A DNA stretch of 50,888 bases from a virus (lineage: Duplodnaviria; Caudoviricetes), in the IMG/VR virus record IMGVR_UViG_3300049828_000581, positions 1-50,888 of that record; one strand, given 5' to 3'. Shown here in pieces: positions 31,131 to 41,046 of the stretch (the stretch's first letter is position 1; each line of letters begins with the position of its first letter). A program made the translations under genes and the position numbers. Under the pieces are notes generated by a model. That model did not search any database. It saw only the letters and a list, made by a program, of their open reading frames with translations, and was not told where the DNA came from.

Positions 31131-31661
31131 ATGCTTTTAAATGACTACCAAACCCAAGCTCTTAGAACTGATGGTGATGACGCTCATTACGCCAAATCTG
31201 AGCTAGCTCACGCGTTGAATGAATTAGATCCAATTGGCGATAAAATCAATGAGTATTTCACTAATATTCAGTATTATGGTGATCTGATCGATCAAGCTAA
31301 GAAAAAGCTTGTGTATAAAACCCGCGCAACAGATGCGGAAGGCATTAATGAAAATAAAATCAATAAGTTACGTTCATTTCATGCTCTGATGCTCCTGACT
31401 TCTGAAGTGGCAGAGCTGAGCGCTGGTATCTATTCTGAGGATGGCGTAAACGTTGCCGAGGAGCTCGGTGATATTATGTGGGGCGTCAGCCTTCTTGCTA
31501 AGAGCTACGGACTTACCCTCGAGCAGTGTGCAAAAGCGAACATCGCCAAGCTGTCGGCTCGTTACCCAGGGAAGTTCTCTGTAGAGAGCGCCCTAAATCG
31601 CGATAAGGCGGCTGAAAATGAGGCTGTAATACGCGAGATAACTTCGGCAAAAAAGGATTAA
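31131..31661 (+). CDS. MazG-like nucleotide pyrophosphohydrolase
   Basis: LNDYQ..ALRT, SEVAEL, EELGDIMW, NIAKLSARYP. Confidence 0.9.
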   Translation: MLLNDYQTQALRTDGDDAHYAKSELAHALNELDPIGDKINEYFTNIQYYGDLIDQAKKKLVYKTRATDAEGINENKINKLRSFHALMLLTSEVAELSAGIYSEDGVNVAEELGDIMWGVSLLAKSYGLTLEQCAKANIAKLSARYPGKFSVESALNRDKAAENEAVIREITSAKKD

Positions 31662-31664
31662 AGC

Positions 31665-31853
31665 ATGGGTAATGTAATTGATCTGCAGGTAAAAAGAGAA
31701 GAGGAGTTCTACCAGAGTTGCGCCCGTCAGGTTGAAATTGACGAGGTTTCGGGGGCCATAAGAGGGGCCGTAATCGCATCGTCGTTGGTGGGTGTTGGAG
31801 TTTTCGCTGTTATTATTCCAGCAGCACTGTATTTATGGCTTTATAAGCTGTAA
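31665..31853 (+). CDS. Small membrane protein
   Basis: C-terminal hydrophobic helix. Confidence 0.55.
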   Translation: MGNVIDLQVKREEEFYQSCARQVEIDEVSGAIRGAVIASSLVGVGVFAVIIPAALYLWLYKL

Positions 31854-31967
31854 TTATTAATAATTTTAGGCAGTTAGTGTTTTTGTGTATTTTTCATGCG
31901 CCATTCAGTGTTAAAATAGTCACAAGGTGTATTACGTCCTTAAACTGTGTTATACATTGGAAAACAC

Positions 31968-32774
31968 ATGGCAGGCACAAAGATATATGGAATAGTAGCT
32001 GCTGAAAACCCTGACAATGTCGGGGAAACCATTATTTTGGATGGTCTGGAAGACAGGCTTAAATTTTTCAGAGATGAGCATGACGAGCTCTCAAGCTTCA
32101 GGGTTTTGGGAGCTGTTACTTATTCTAAGAAGATCAAAAGCCCAAAAGACTGCGAAAACGAAAAACAACTCCGGTGCTGGAATCACGCAGGAGTTCCTTT
32201 GTTATACGCAGAAGGCACATTGTTTGATAACGAGGATCATCCTAATGCCAAAGCTGCAGCTGCAATCCTAAAGTATTGTAATAATAATCCTGGACTTTCG
32301 CTGCAACCTGGTCTATCTGTCGATGGTGAAATACACGAGCGCGTGGATGCCATGGGTAACCAAACCAGAGATAAGAGCATAGGTAAAAAGCTTACTAAGA
32401 CCGTCGCCATCTCTGGCGCATTTACCGTTCAGCCTTGTAACCCTAAGTGTGCTGGTGCTTTGTTTATTGATGAAGCTCCGTCGCTTCAAAAATCTACCAC
32501 ACCGCCAAAGGCTTATGTAGAGGCTCTTAAAAAATCTCAATCATCTTCATCATTTAATGAGATTCCTAAGGAAGTTATGCTGCTTCACAGTATGCAGCAA
32601 TTACACAAATCCTTGGAAATATTACACAATGATCACGCTTCTATTCAGTGCTACCACTGCGGAAAAGCTGAGCGCTTCTTTAAAAGTAGTGGCGCACCAA
32701 ACACTTGCCTAAAGTGTGGAAAAAGTTATACAATTAAGCAGGTGTGGGAAAGTTTTCAAAAGAAAAGGATTTAA
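31968..32774 (+). CDS. Prohead protease with C-terminal Zn ribbon
   Basis: IYGIV...D.VGE.I...G, DEH, GLSVDG, FT.QPCNP; C-terminal CYHC...CLKC. Confidence 0.75.
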   Translation: MAGTKIYGIVAAENPDNVGETIILDGLEDRLKFFRDEHDELSSFRVLGAVTYSKKIKSPKDCENEKQLRCWNHAGVPLLYAEGTLFDNEDHPNAKAAAAILKYCNNNPGLSLQPGLSVDGEIHERVDAMGNQTRDKSIGKKLTKTVAISGAFTVQPCNPKCAGALFIDEAPSLQKSTTPPKAYVEALKKSQSSSSFNEIPKEVMLLHSMQQLHKSLEILHNDHASIQCYHCGKAERFFKSSGAPNTCLKCGKSYTIKQVWESFQKKRI

Positions 32775-32777
32775 TAC

Positions 32778-33149
32778 ATGGCTAGTATTTTCGCGTCAAC
32801 CAGATCTTTAAATAGCAGTTTTATCGAAGTCTCTGTCGCGGATATTAATGCTGCAAACAGTGTAGCTACCGCTAAGATGATCTATCGGTTTGAAAAGTTT
32901 TTACGTTTTAACTTCATCGCTAACCACCTTGATGCAGAGGTTGGATTACTCCTGGCTCACCCAAGCGTTGATAGCGATGCGGATACATCTTATCGCCTTT
33001 TGTGGATCAAAGTTCCTGGTTCTCAGGTAATGAATTATTCCATGAACGGCGCACCTTATTATGAGTTTGATCCGGGCTCTAAACTTTATGTTTACCGCAC
33101 TAGTGGTGTAGCAGCTACCACCGGTAAACTCATGATTTCAATGTGGTAA
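32778..33149 (+). CDS. Probable virion protein
   Basis: Beta-rich; follows the protease. Confidence 0.55.
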   Translation: MASIFASTRSLNSSFIEVSVADINAANSVATAKMIYRFEKFLRFNFIANHLDAEVGLLLAHPSVDSDADTSYRLLWIKVPGSQVMNYSMNGAPYYEFDPGSKLYVYRTSGVAATTGKLMISMW

Positions 33150-33167
33150 TTTAGATAATTTTTAGGA

Positions 33168-33617
33168 TTGACGATGTCGGGATGGGGTAGTATAATCAAA
33201 CCCAGTAGCGGCGGTAGCTCTTCCGAGGTGATCCCTATTGGGCTCGGTCAGATACCTGGAGATACAGCTACAACTGATACTACTTATAGTGAATACCAAG
33301 AGGCGGTTGCGGTTGCGACTGGGGTTGAGACAAATATTTTGGTATTTGTAGTTCCCGCATCACCCTTATTTCATGCTGTTCGTTTTGAATTCGGTGGTGG
33401 GAATATTGGCACATATAAGCTATACTTTGATACCGATGTTAAAGCACAGTACATAACATGGTGGAATACCGGCATGAATGGCAGCTGGGAACTTAAGTCC
33501 GGTATTTCTGGTGGATTGGTTGTGCCAGGCGGCACAACGATCAAAGTAACTATCTTGCATAACAGGCCATATGTTGCTAATTTTTATTCACGAATGGAAT
33601 ATGTCTTAATCAGTTAA
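33168..33617 (+). CDS. Probable virion protein
   Basis: Beta-rich, G/T/S-rich. Confidence 0.55.
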   Translation: MTMSGWGSIIKPSSGGSSSEVIPIGLGQIPGDTATTDTTYSEYQEAVAVATGVETNILVFVVPASPLFHAVRFEFGGGNIGTYKLYFDTDVKAQYITWWNTGMNGSWELKSGISGGLVVPGGTTIKVTILHNRPYVANFYSRMEYVLIS

Positions 33618-33626
33618 GGAAGTGCC

Positions 33627-33797
33627 ATGGATATCGAAAAAAAGAGAAAAGAGCTGGAATATCACAGAGTTCTTACCGCAAAAATGGATTTGGAGCTAAA
33701 AGCTTTGGAATTCATGGAGCAAATCAAGCGTATCGAAGATAATATCAAGATCCAAGATGCTAAACTCGAAGAGCTGAAAGCCGAGCTCGCTAAGTAA
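33627..33797 (+). CDS. Small coiled-coil protein (56 aa, not in ORF track)
   Basis: MDIEKKRKELEYHRVLTAKMDLELK...LAK; RBS AAGGA. Confidence 0.7.
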   Translation: MDIEKKRKELEYHRVLTAKMDLELKALEFMEQIKRIEDNIKIQDAKLEELKAELAK

Positions 33798-33833
33798 GCC
33801 ATACCAATCGGCTCACATGGGTGACCTGGTTGT

Positions 33834-33866
33834 AAGCCCGCTTAGCCGTTTGCTGGGCGGGCTTTT
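33834..33866 (+). terminator. Rho-independent terminator
   Basis: AAGCCCGCTTAGC-CGTTT-GCTGGGCGGGCTT-TT. Confidence 0.85.
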
Positions 33867-34050
33867 GAATTAAGGATAGGTACGGGGCGGAAGGCTGGGA
33901 TATGGTGTAGACTCTGGCCAATGTTTATACAGGGTGTCTATACAAGCGACAAAAAGGTATTACTAGGCGCGCAATTTGAGTTCTGAGATTGGGTTAGATT
34001 ATCCTGGAATATCAAGCGGTCATCTGACTTATATAAGCCTAAATAAAAAC

Positions 34051-34107
34051 TAAAGATTATGCAAGTTTATCCGATATGACTTGTTAATATCACAAATGTG
34101 ATATAAT
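34051..34107 (+). promoter_or_regulatory. Sigma-28-like promoter plus palindromic operator overlapping a TATAAT box
   Basis: TAAA-N15-TCCGATAT (34051-34077); ATATCACA-AA-TGTGATAT (34087-34104); TATAAT (34102-34107). Confidence 0.65.
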
Positions 34108-34122
34108 AATATTGTAGCGTGG

Positions 34123-34494
34123 ATGAGTCTGGAGGGGAAGCAACTGCTAAGCCGCATCAAAGACTGTGTAGAAAATGGTAGGTTATGTTACTGGAGCAAC
34201 CGGCGCGACAAGCCAAGTTTGGGCGTAAATGAGTTCAAGACGATACTCTCGTCGGTGCATTCGATACGAAACGATAAGTGGTTACCAAGGCAAACAGGTT
34301 GCAAACCCGATAAGTGCACCCCACAGCACACCGTCAATGCAGAGGATAAAGTGTTTCAGTGTAATTTTGATTTTTCTGTTGCCGGACACCAGAAAACTTA
34401 TTTTTTAAAATGTTTTTTTGGACCAAAAAGCGTGAGTCATGACAAGCAGGATTGTGTAATACAATCATTTCGCGAGGAAACAAATGAAAACTGA
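34123..34494 (+). CDS. Putative toxin (MqsR/RelE-like by position and size)
   Basis: Upstream partner of a Zn-ribbon protein; C-terminal YFLK.F...VIQSF. Confidence 0.45.
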   Translation: MSLEGKQLLSRIKDCVENGRLCYWSNRRDKPSLGVNEFKTILSSVHSIRNDKWLPRQTGCKPDKCTPQHTVNAEDKVFQCNFDFSVAGHQKTYFLKCFFGPKSVSHDKQDCVIQSFREETNEN

Positions 34495-35035
34495 GTGCCA
34501 ACACAATCAAATAAAAAGAAAACTAGTCAAAATGCAGCACCTAGACAAGTATAAAGGGGTGTATATCCAGGTATGTGACGACTGTGGTGTGGAATTCTGG
34601 GATAAAGCAGCGACTGAGAAACAAGAGCGATTTTATAAAGAAACTGAAAAAAAACACCAAGACAAAATGCGTATACAAAACATACTGATTAACACCGATA
34701 CTCAGGAGTTTATCAGGCGATACAGTAAAGAGTATGGTGTGGACGATAGCGCAGTAATACGATCGTTACTGGCGATTTATGTGGTTTTGTCGGAAACCAA
34801 TAATTCAATTAAGCACAATATAGATACAACCACAGCAGAGATAGGCAGCATAAGAATTTCATCAGTAAGACTAAAAAGCTCACTATTTAATAGGTATAAA
34901 ACTTGGTCTAAAATCACGGGTGTGACCGCCGGAGATTTAGCCAGTGATATTGTTAATAAAATAGTAGCTCAACTTAAACAAAGGCAGAATGAAAACATCA
35001 AGCAACAGCTCTGTGGATACCTTATGTCAGCGTAA
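34484..35035 (+). CDS. Putative antitoxin with MqsA/YgiT-like N-terminal Zn ribbon and DNA-binding C-terminus
   Basis: CQH...VCDDCGVEFW; RHH-like helical segments; overlaps the upstream gene. Confidence 0.5.
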   Translation: MKTECQHNQIKRKLVKMQHLDKYKGVYIQVCDDCGVEFWDKAATEKQERFYKETEKKHQDKMRIQNILINTDTQEFIRRYSKEYGVDDSAVIRSLLAIYVVLSETNNSIKHNIDTTTAEIGSIRISSVRLKSSLFNRYKTWSKITGVTAGDLASDIVNKIVAQLKQRQNENIKQQLCGYLMSA

Positions 35036-35086
35036 AAAGAGAGAATCCCACGTAGTAACACCCTAGTGGTGCCTTTCGTGGCCGGA

Positions 35087-35119
35087 CCCTCAGGTTAATA
35101 GCCTGGGGGGCATTACTTT
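35087..35119. terminator. Hairpin between convergent genes
   Basis: CCCTCAGG-TTAATAG-CCTGGGGG. Confidence 0.5.
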
Positions 35120-35128
35120 TTGAGGATG

Positions 35129-35491
35129 TTACCACCCTAACCCAGGAGTTTTGAGGATCAATTTATACTCATGCACCAGTACTGAGCCAGAGAGATTGAA
35201 ACTCTTACTATGCTTCGGTAATACTTCTTCTGGGTTAACATATCTACGCGCCTCCCGTTTGGATATTGTGAGAGCTCCTTTAAGGGATAGTATTTGACCC
35301 GTACGAATATCCTGCTGCGCATCAATTTTTAGCTCCTGCGTGGGATCCGTAAGTAGGTCGCCAAAACCATCAGGTGCGTCATTTATAGTAATAAATATCA
35401 GTGCTTTGTTACTGTCGTCGATACTTGGGGTTAAAAAAACTTTCCAGGTAGCGTGTTGATATTCTACGCCATTAATCTTAAAATAATCCAT
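35129..35491 (-). CDS. Hypothetical protein
   Basis: RBS AAGGAG; has its own sigma-28-like promoter. Confidence 0.75.
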   Translation of the reverse strand: MDYFKINGVEYQHATWKVFLTPSIDDSNKALIFITINDAPDGFGDLLTDPTQELKIDAQQDIRTGQILSLKGALTISKREARRYVNPEEVLPKHSKSFNLSGSVLVHEYKLILKTPGLGW

Positions 35492-35522
35492 TTTAATCTC
35501 CTTTTGTGGAATCCATAGAGTC

Positions 35523-35600
35523 TTATCGGCTGACGGCGTGTGAGACTTTAATTACTTTTAAATGAAAATGTATTAAAGTTTTGGGTCGGGGCGCCGATAA
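35523..35600. promoter_or_regulatory. Divergent pair of sigma-28-type promoters
   Basis: Minus: TAAA-N16-GCCGATAA (35523-35550). Plus: TAAAGTTT-N11-GCCGATAA (35574-35600). Confidence 0.85.
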
Positions 35601-35654
35601 GGTGAGGTAAGTTTGTTGTGTTTTGTGGGGAGTTTAGGGTGATTGAGGATTTAT

Positions 35655-36152
35655 ATGAAAAATTACAGTGATTTCAATTCATTAACGGATTGGATGAGAA
35701 AAGATAGAAAATCATACCGACGAGCCTTGAAGTTAGGAACACAGCGCGAAATCGCTGAGGTTTTGGGGTTGAAGATCCCAAAATCCTACAAACAATGGTA
35801 TGAAGAATTTCTGTCGTACACAGAAAGACCAAAGTCGGGAACAAAAGAGAGCATCGCTTTAAATGGTTTGAAGCAACAACGTTCTGATTTATACAATAAA
35901 TTACTGGAGTTAAACCCAAATTTAAGGCCAACTTTAAAAACCTGGGAGCAATGGTACGAGGAATTTCTGTTATACAAAGAAAGACCAAAACCAAAAACAA
36001 AAGAAGGCAACGCTTTAAACGGTTTGCAACAACAACGCTCTGATTTATACAATAAATTACTGGAGTTAAATCCAAATTTAAGACCAAAAAGAATGACTAA
36101 AGATTCTAAGCCAGCGCCCGATAAGGAATCATTGAAAGCTACTGCTAAGTAA
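35655..36152 (+). CDS. Repeat protein A (two 52-aa repeats)
   Basis: N-domain SDFNSLTDW.RKD.KSY.RA.KLG.QREIAE followed by 2 x QWYEEFL.Y.ERPK..TKE..ALNGL.QQRSDLYNKLLELNPNLRP. Confidence 0.85.
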   Translation: MKNYSDFNSLTDWMRKDRKSYRRALKLGTQREIAEVLGLKIPKSYKQWYEEFLSYTERPKSGTKESIALNGLKQQRSDLYNKLLELNPNLRPTLKTWEQWYEEFLLYKERPKPKTKEGNALNGLQQQRSDLYNKLLELNPNLRPKRMTKDSKPAPDKESLKATAK

Positions 36153-36171
36153 AACAAAGGAGATCTCAAAA

Positions 36172-37830
36172 ATGACACAAGCTATTGAATTATATGATTA
36201 CCAACAAAGTATCAAAAACAGCGTAATGAATGAGCTTCAAAGAAAGACTCAGGCCGAGATTCCAGTTTTAGCCATGGCTACTGGAACAGGCAAAACCAGA
36301 ACCGCTGTCTCCATGATAAACGAGCTCGAAGGTAACATACTGGTCCTAACTCACGGGCAGAACACGCTAAAAACAAACTTTGGTAAAGAGCTCCTGCAGC
36401 ACAACATACCTTTCGGTGATGCAGCTAATTATAAACAAAATCGCATAGTTGTGGATCTGCCTGTCAACTGCAAAACCATCAAAAATCACTTTAGTTATAT
36501 ATTCGTGGATGAAGCTCATGAGCGTGTCACTGGTAATGAGCACAAAGTTATTAAGCTCAATAATCCCAAAGCCAAATGGGTTTACCTAACGGCATCGCAC
36601 GGCATGCTAAAGGGGTCTTTCTCAAAGCACTACGTGTCCATGGTGGAGGCATACTTAAAGGGCTGCGTATCCGATTACGCCATGGTTGGGGTGCAAACCA
36701 AATGGCGTATAACCGATGATGATTACTCAGGGAATGAGTTAAAAGAAGGTGTTTCGCTCAAAAAAATGGATATTGTCAACAGTATCAAAGACTTAGTCCT
36801 AGAAATGTCAAAACATCACCAACCAAAGACTATGTTTGGTAAGCTAGCGGGTGCGTTCAGTGTTGGTGCGGCCAAGGTGATCACTGGCGTCGATGTATCT
36901 CGATTTCCAAAAACCATCATCGCTTGCAATAACAACAAAACAGCTGATCGTGTGTATAAAGCATTCAAAGAGAGGTTTAAGGAAGGATTTGTCGGCGTTG
37001 ACACAACTGACCATAATAATATAGAAACCGTGAAACTAACTGACTGGGATTCATCAAAAACATGTCGAGTTATGGTTATTTGTCAAAAAGGAAGGATTGG
37101 GTATGACAGCCCAAACACCGAGTGTTTTGTGGATATGTCCGGAACCAAAGATTTATCGGTTATTATGCAGATGGTTGGTCGCGTTTCAAGAAAAAGCCCA
37201 GCTGGGGCCAAAAAGGTGTATTACAAAGTCATGACTGCTGAGTATGAAAGTTTGGTACGGTTATTGCTACAGGCTGTGACAAAAATATCAACCCCTGGCG
37301 GGTACAGGGACTGGGACGGAACCGCAAAGATAGGTAATATGTCTGTCAGTATTATTAAGCGGAGCCCAACCGTTTGGGCTGAAAAGATTAAAGAATTTTA
37401 CCAGGTGAGGGGGCGCCTACCTGCAGCTGATGGGTCGGGATCTGCTGATTCTAAAGACGGAGATGATTATTATGAGCGCCAGCTGGCTAACTGGTTATCC
37501 GCTTTGACGGAAAAAGGCAGTAGCAGGAAAAACGAGGAGCTGACTCAGTGGGCGAAAAGCGTGGGTTACAAATGGCAGCCACGAGTTTGTAAAAACCCCT
37601 CACCTATTATTATCCCTATTCCAAAGTCTTTGCGTGATTTGGCTGAGGGAGTTGAGGCCGTGATGCGTGAGTTGGCTCACCAATACGGGGAGGCTTTCAG
37701 TGCTTTTACCAGTGTGAGCATAGCTGATGCGGTAAGATTGTCTGCAGGAGATGGAGATGATGTTAGTCATTTGAACACCACTGAGGATTTTATTGAGTAT
37801 TTTAAGAGCAATGGCTGGATAGCTAGGTAA
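36172..37830 (+). CDS. SF2 DEAH helicase (restriction Res-subunit-like) with C-terminal helicase-associated (HA)-like domain
   Basis: LYDYQ, ATGTGKT, DEAH, TAS, QMVGRVSR; C-terminal W..KIKEFY...GRLP...ERQLANWL. Confidence 0.85.
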   Translation: MTQAIELYDYQQSIKNSVMNELQRKTQAEIPVLAMATGTGKTRTAVSMINELEGNILVLTHGQNTLKTNFGKELLQHNIPFGDAANYKQNRIVVDLPVNCKTIKNHFSYIFVDEAHERVTGNEHKVIKLNNPKAKWVYLTASHGMLKGSFSKHYVSMVEAYLKGCVSDYAMVGVQTKWRITDDDYSGNELKEGVSLKKMDIVNSIKDLVLEMSKHHQPKTMFGKLAGAFSVGAAKVITGVDVSRFPKTIIACNNNKTADRVYKAFKERFKEGFVGVDTTDHNNIETVKLTDWDSSKTCRVMVICQKGRIGYDSPNTECFVDMSGTKDLSVIMQMVGRVSRKSPAGAKKVYYKVMTAEYESLVRLLLQAVTKISTPGGYRDWDGTAKIGNMSVSIIKRSPTVWAEKIKEFYQVRGRLPAADGSGSADSKDGDDYYERQLANWLSALTEKGSSRKNEELTQWAKSVGYKWQPRVCKNPSPIIIPIPKSLRDLAEGVEAVMRELAHQYGEAFSAFTSVSIADAVRLSAGDGDDVSHLNTTEDFIEYFKSNGWIAR

Positions 37831-37846
37831 TTGATGGAGGTTGATC

Positions 37847-38620
37847 ATGACTCAAAAGATTAGTGATTTCAATTCGTTAACGGATTGGAGAAGAAAAGAC
37901 AACAAATCATACCTTAGAGCCTGGAAACTAGGAATACAGCGTGAAATTGCTGAGGCTGCGGGATGGGAGATACGAAAATCCTTCGAACAATGGTATGAAG
38001 AGTTCTTGTTATATAAAGAAAGGCCAAAACCAGGAACAAAAGAGGGCAAAGCTTTAGATCATTTGCAACAACAACGCCCTGATTTATACAATAAATTACT
38101 GGAGTTAAATCCAAATTTAAGGACAACAAGAAAATCCTACGAACAGCGGTATGAAGAATTTCTGTCATACACAGAAAGACCAAAACAAGGAACAAAAGAA
38201 GGCAAGGCTTTAAGTAGTTTGCAACAGTATCGCCCTGACTTATATAGTAAGCTTTTAAAACGTAACCCAAATTTAAGACCAACTAAAAAATCCTTCGAAC
38301 AATGGTATGAAGAATTTCTGTCATACACAGAAAGACCAAAACAAGGAACAAAAGAAGGCGGAGCTTTAAATGGTTTGCAACAACAACGCCCTGATTTATA
38401 TAATAAATTACTGGAATTAAACCCAAATTTAAGACCAACTAAAAAATCCTACGAACAGCGGTATGAAGAATTTCTGTCATACACAGAAAGACCAAAACAA
38501 GGAACAAAAGAAGGCAAGGCTTTAAACGCTTTGCAACAACGACGTCCTGATTTATACAGTAAACTCTTAAAACGTAACCCAAATCTAAAACCAAGAGTGT
38601 ATAACCACCAAAAAAATTAA
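37847..38620 (+). CDS. Repeat protein B (four 52-aa repeats), paralogue of A
   Basis: Same N-domain as A; 156-bp repeats start at about 37976, 38132, 38288 and 38444. Confidence 0.85.
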   Translation: MTQKISDFNSLTDWRRKDNKSYLRAWKLGIQREIAEAAGWEIRKSFEQWYEEFLLYKERPKPGTKEGKALDHLQQQRPDLYNKLLELNPNLRTTRKSYEQRYEEFLSYTERPKQGTKEGKALSSLQQYRPDLYSKLLKRNPNLRPTKKSFEQWYEEFLSYTERPKQGTKEGGALNGLQQQRPDLYNKLLELNPNLRPTKKSYEQRYEEFLSYTERPKQGTKEGKALNALQQRRPDLYSKLLKRNPNLKPRVYNHQKN

Positions 38621-38656
38621 GAAAAACTAACCAATAATGCACATAAAGGTAAACAA

Positions 38657-40747
38657 ATGATATACCCAGGTATTCCATTAGACGAATGGGTAAAAAAATA
38701 TTCCTTAGATTTAACTCCCGACCGCTGCTTACGTTGTCGTAAATTACTACAAGAATGGAGACCATTCGCTAGCAAAGAATTGCGGGGAGCCATAACCACA
38801 CCCCACGGTTGTCCGCCTGAGTATGACCATAAAGTGTTTGTGTGGGTAGACCCGGCGCAACGCAACGATTGGGAAAATCTTGTTAAGGGCTAATCGATTG
38901 AATTTGCGTTATAAAGAATTAATTACCTTATAGAGTGATTTTAATTCACCTCTTTGCGAGCTGTGATGAAAGGAGATAATACATGAGTTTAGGTAAATTA
39001 ACGCTCAACTACCTGGAGCACCCAATTGGATTGGCAGTTATGTCCCTCAAGGGAGATCTTTCGAAAGCGGTAAACCAACGTGAATTACGGCTGATTCGGG
39101 CTCACTGGCAGCTGGCTTCTAGGTATTTCAGAAAAAGATCTCGTCGGTTAGGGCGGCGGCGTCTTAATGGGATTGCCAGTGAGATAACAGGAGGACTCAC
39201 CAAGGAAGAAATGTATTTGGTGTGGCTAAAAACCGCCAGAAAGTCGCTCGAAGCGTATGGAGTTGGTCTTTATTGATTCGACAGTGTACTGAAAGTGGTT
39301 ATTTATTGGACAGTTTATCGGACATCACTAGAAATAATACAACATTTATAAGGAGTTATACATGTCTTTTGTTGTGATTTATTACAATCGTAACCCTTTT
39401 TCGGGGTACGGAGTGGTGAAAGATTTCATGTATGTTAACGACTTAAATGAATTAACAACATTGGGGATAACGCAAATTATAGCAATTCTTGAGATCAAAA
39501 GGCAGGTGCCGTTTGAAACGAAATTTAGGGAAGTTACTGAGATAGTTAGGGAAAAGCCGTATCTTCTAATAGATAATCAGGTTGAGGTCCACCAACAAGG
39601 CCACGAACACGCTCTCAATCACCTCTCGTTGGATCAGCCCTAAAGTTTCCCAAAAATCAGCCGATAAGCCTTTTGTTAGCGAGACATAATCACCAACAAA
39701 AGGAGCTAACCATGACCGAGCAAGAACAACAGGAAATAATAGATCAGCACGACCTTCTGGAATTCGCCAACGAAACATGGGAACACCCAGGCGACTGGAT
39801 TGGCAATATTGAGTACGACCGATGTGAATTCACTGGTCGACTAGGGGAGTGTGTTCCGATTCAATGCGAGGACGTTAACGGGGATATCCACGTGTTCAGC
39901 GTGTCTGAGAGTGTGGCACGTTTAATGTTACGTCTTGCGGACTCACTTCTTGTTAAAGATAGGGAGTAATCATGAACTTCTGCCTTGTCGATAACAACAA
40001 CAAAGCCTATGAGGGCGACTCTTTGCGTGTGGCGTTAGAACAAACTAATACCTACGTTATAGATTACGAAAAGCGTCGCGCAGTCATATTGTACAACAAT
40101 ATCGGAGCCGACACGGTTAGTTACTCACCTGATTACACCAGCGACGAAATGGAGTCGGAGATTCGTAAAAGAGTATTGAACATCTTGATCAGGTCTGGGT
40201 GGCGTTTTTACAGAAATACATAACAGGAGACGTATCTTGAACACGGAAACAAAACCTCAGGATTCTAAAAAAGGGGAGATTTGTGCGCAAGATCTCTATA
40301 TCGTTACAGTATTAATCAATGCAACATCTAATTGGGATGAAATTGCTTTAAGAGTGGTTAAATCCGCCGACTATTGATTCAAGAAACAAGGAGCTTAAAA
40401 TGACTAAAGATCAAAAATTGTTCCTACTGACACGTAAAGTTGAGGGGCCGTTGACTTTGCACGGAAGATATACCTTTTACGAAGTAACTAAGGACGCTAT
40501 ATTACGTGACACTGCCGTCACGATGTATGCACCTCTATTTAACTCGGTGTACTTTGATTGTGAATCAAAATCCGGTATATTTATTGTTGGCTCGCTTATT
40601 TTTGCTGACGGTACAAAGTTGGCTGCCGCGATAAGCGAGTCCGACTTAAAAGTAAGACCTTTGCTAGCCTATATTTTTCTGTCAGTTGTTTGTACAGTGC
40701 CGTTTTGGATCATAAACTGTGTGCGCAAACTAAGAGGTATAATATGA
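38657..40747 (+). other. Run of small hypothetical ORFs (38657-38893 Zn-finger-like, 38983-39276, 39362-39643, 39712-39969, 39972-40223, 40400-40747)
   Basis: Most have AGGAG-type RBSs; no recognised function. Confidence 0.65.
39641..39667 (+). promoter_or_regulatory. Sigma-28-type promoter
   Basis: TAAAGTTT-N11-GCCGATAA, exact consensus. Confidence 0.85.
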
Positions 40748-41046
40748 GTAAATTCAGGATTAAGCTGAGTTGCGAGGGGCGTATGGTGTTTATGCAATTT
40801 CTGGGTAAATTTCCTGAGCATCTGCGCGGCACGGGTGAGTTGTTTCGCGCCACTAATGAGGTTTGTATTGCATCAATAGATTGTCCGGAAATCAGAGAAC
40901 ACAACGATATAGTGACTTTGTTTTGCCCCGGCAAGAACACGGATTACTCAAATAATGAAGTGATGTGTCTGTGCAGGTCAGAAGGTTATGCTGTTGATTT
41001 GTATAACAGACTCCTTTCAGCAATCTTAGAATGGAGTGGACAATAA
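40744..41046 (+). CDS. Hypothetical protein, paralogue of 444..767
   Basis: IASIDCP and LYNRLL...EWS motifs. Confidence 0.7.
   Translation: MSKFRIKLSCEGRMVFMQFLGKFPEHLRGTGELFRATNEVCIASIDCPEIREHNDIVTLFCPGKNTDYSNNEVMCLCRSEGYAVDLYNRLLSAILEWSGQ

Noticed and set aside
35655-38620. Repeat pair as a diversity-generating retroelement TR/VR
   Set aside because: No reverse transcriptase is in the window, the differences are not confined to adenines, and both copies are coding.
39315-39345. Additional sigma-28 site (TCCGATAA, minus strand)
   Set aside because: There is no TAAA-like -35 at the right spacing, and it points antisense to the local genes.
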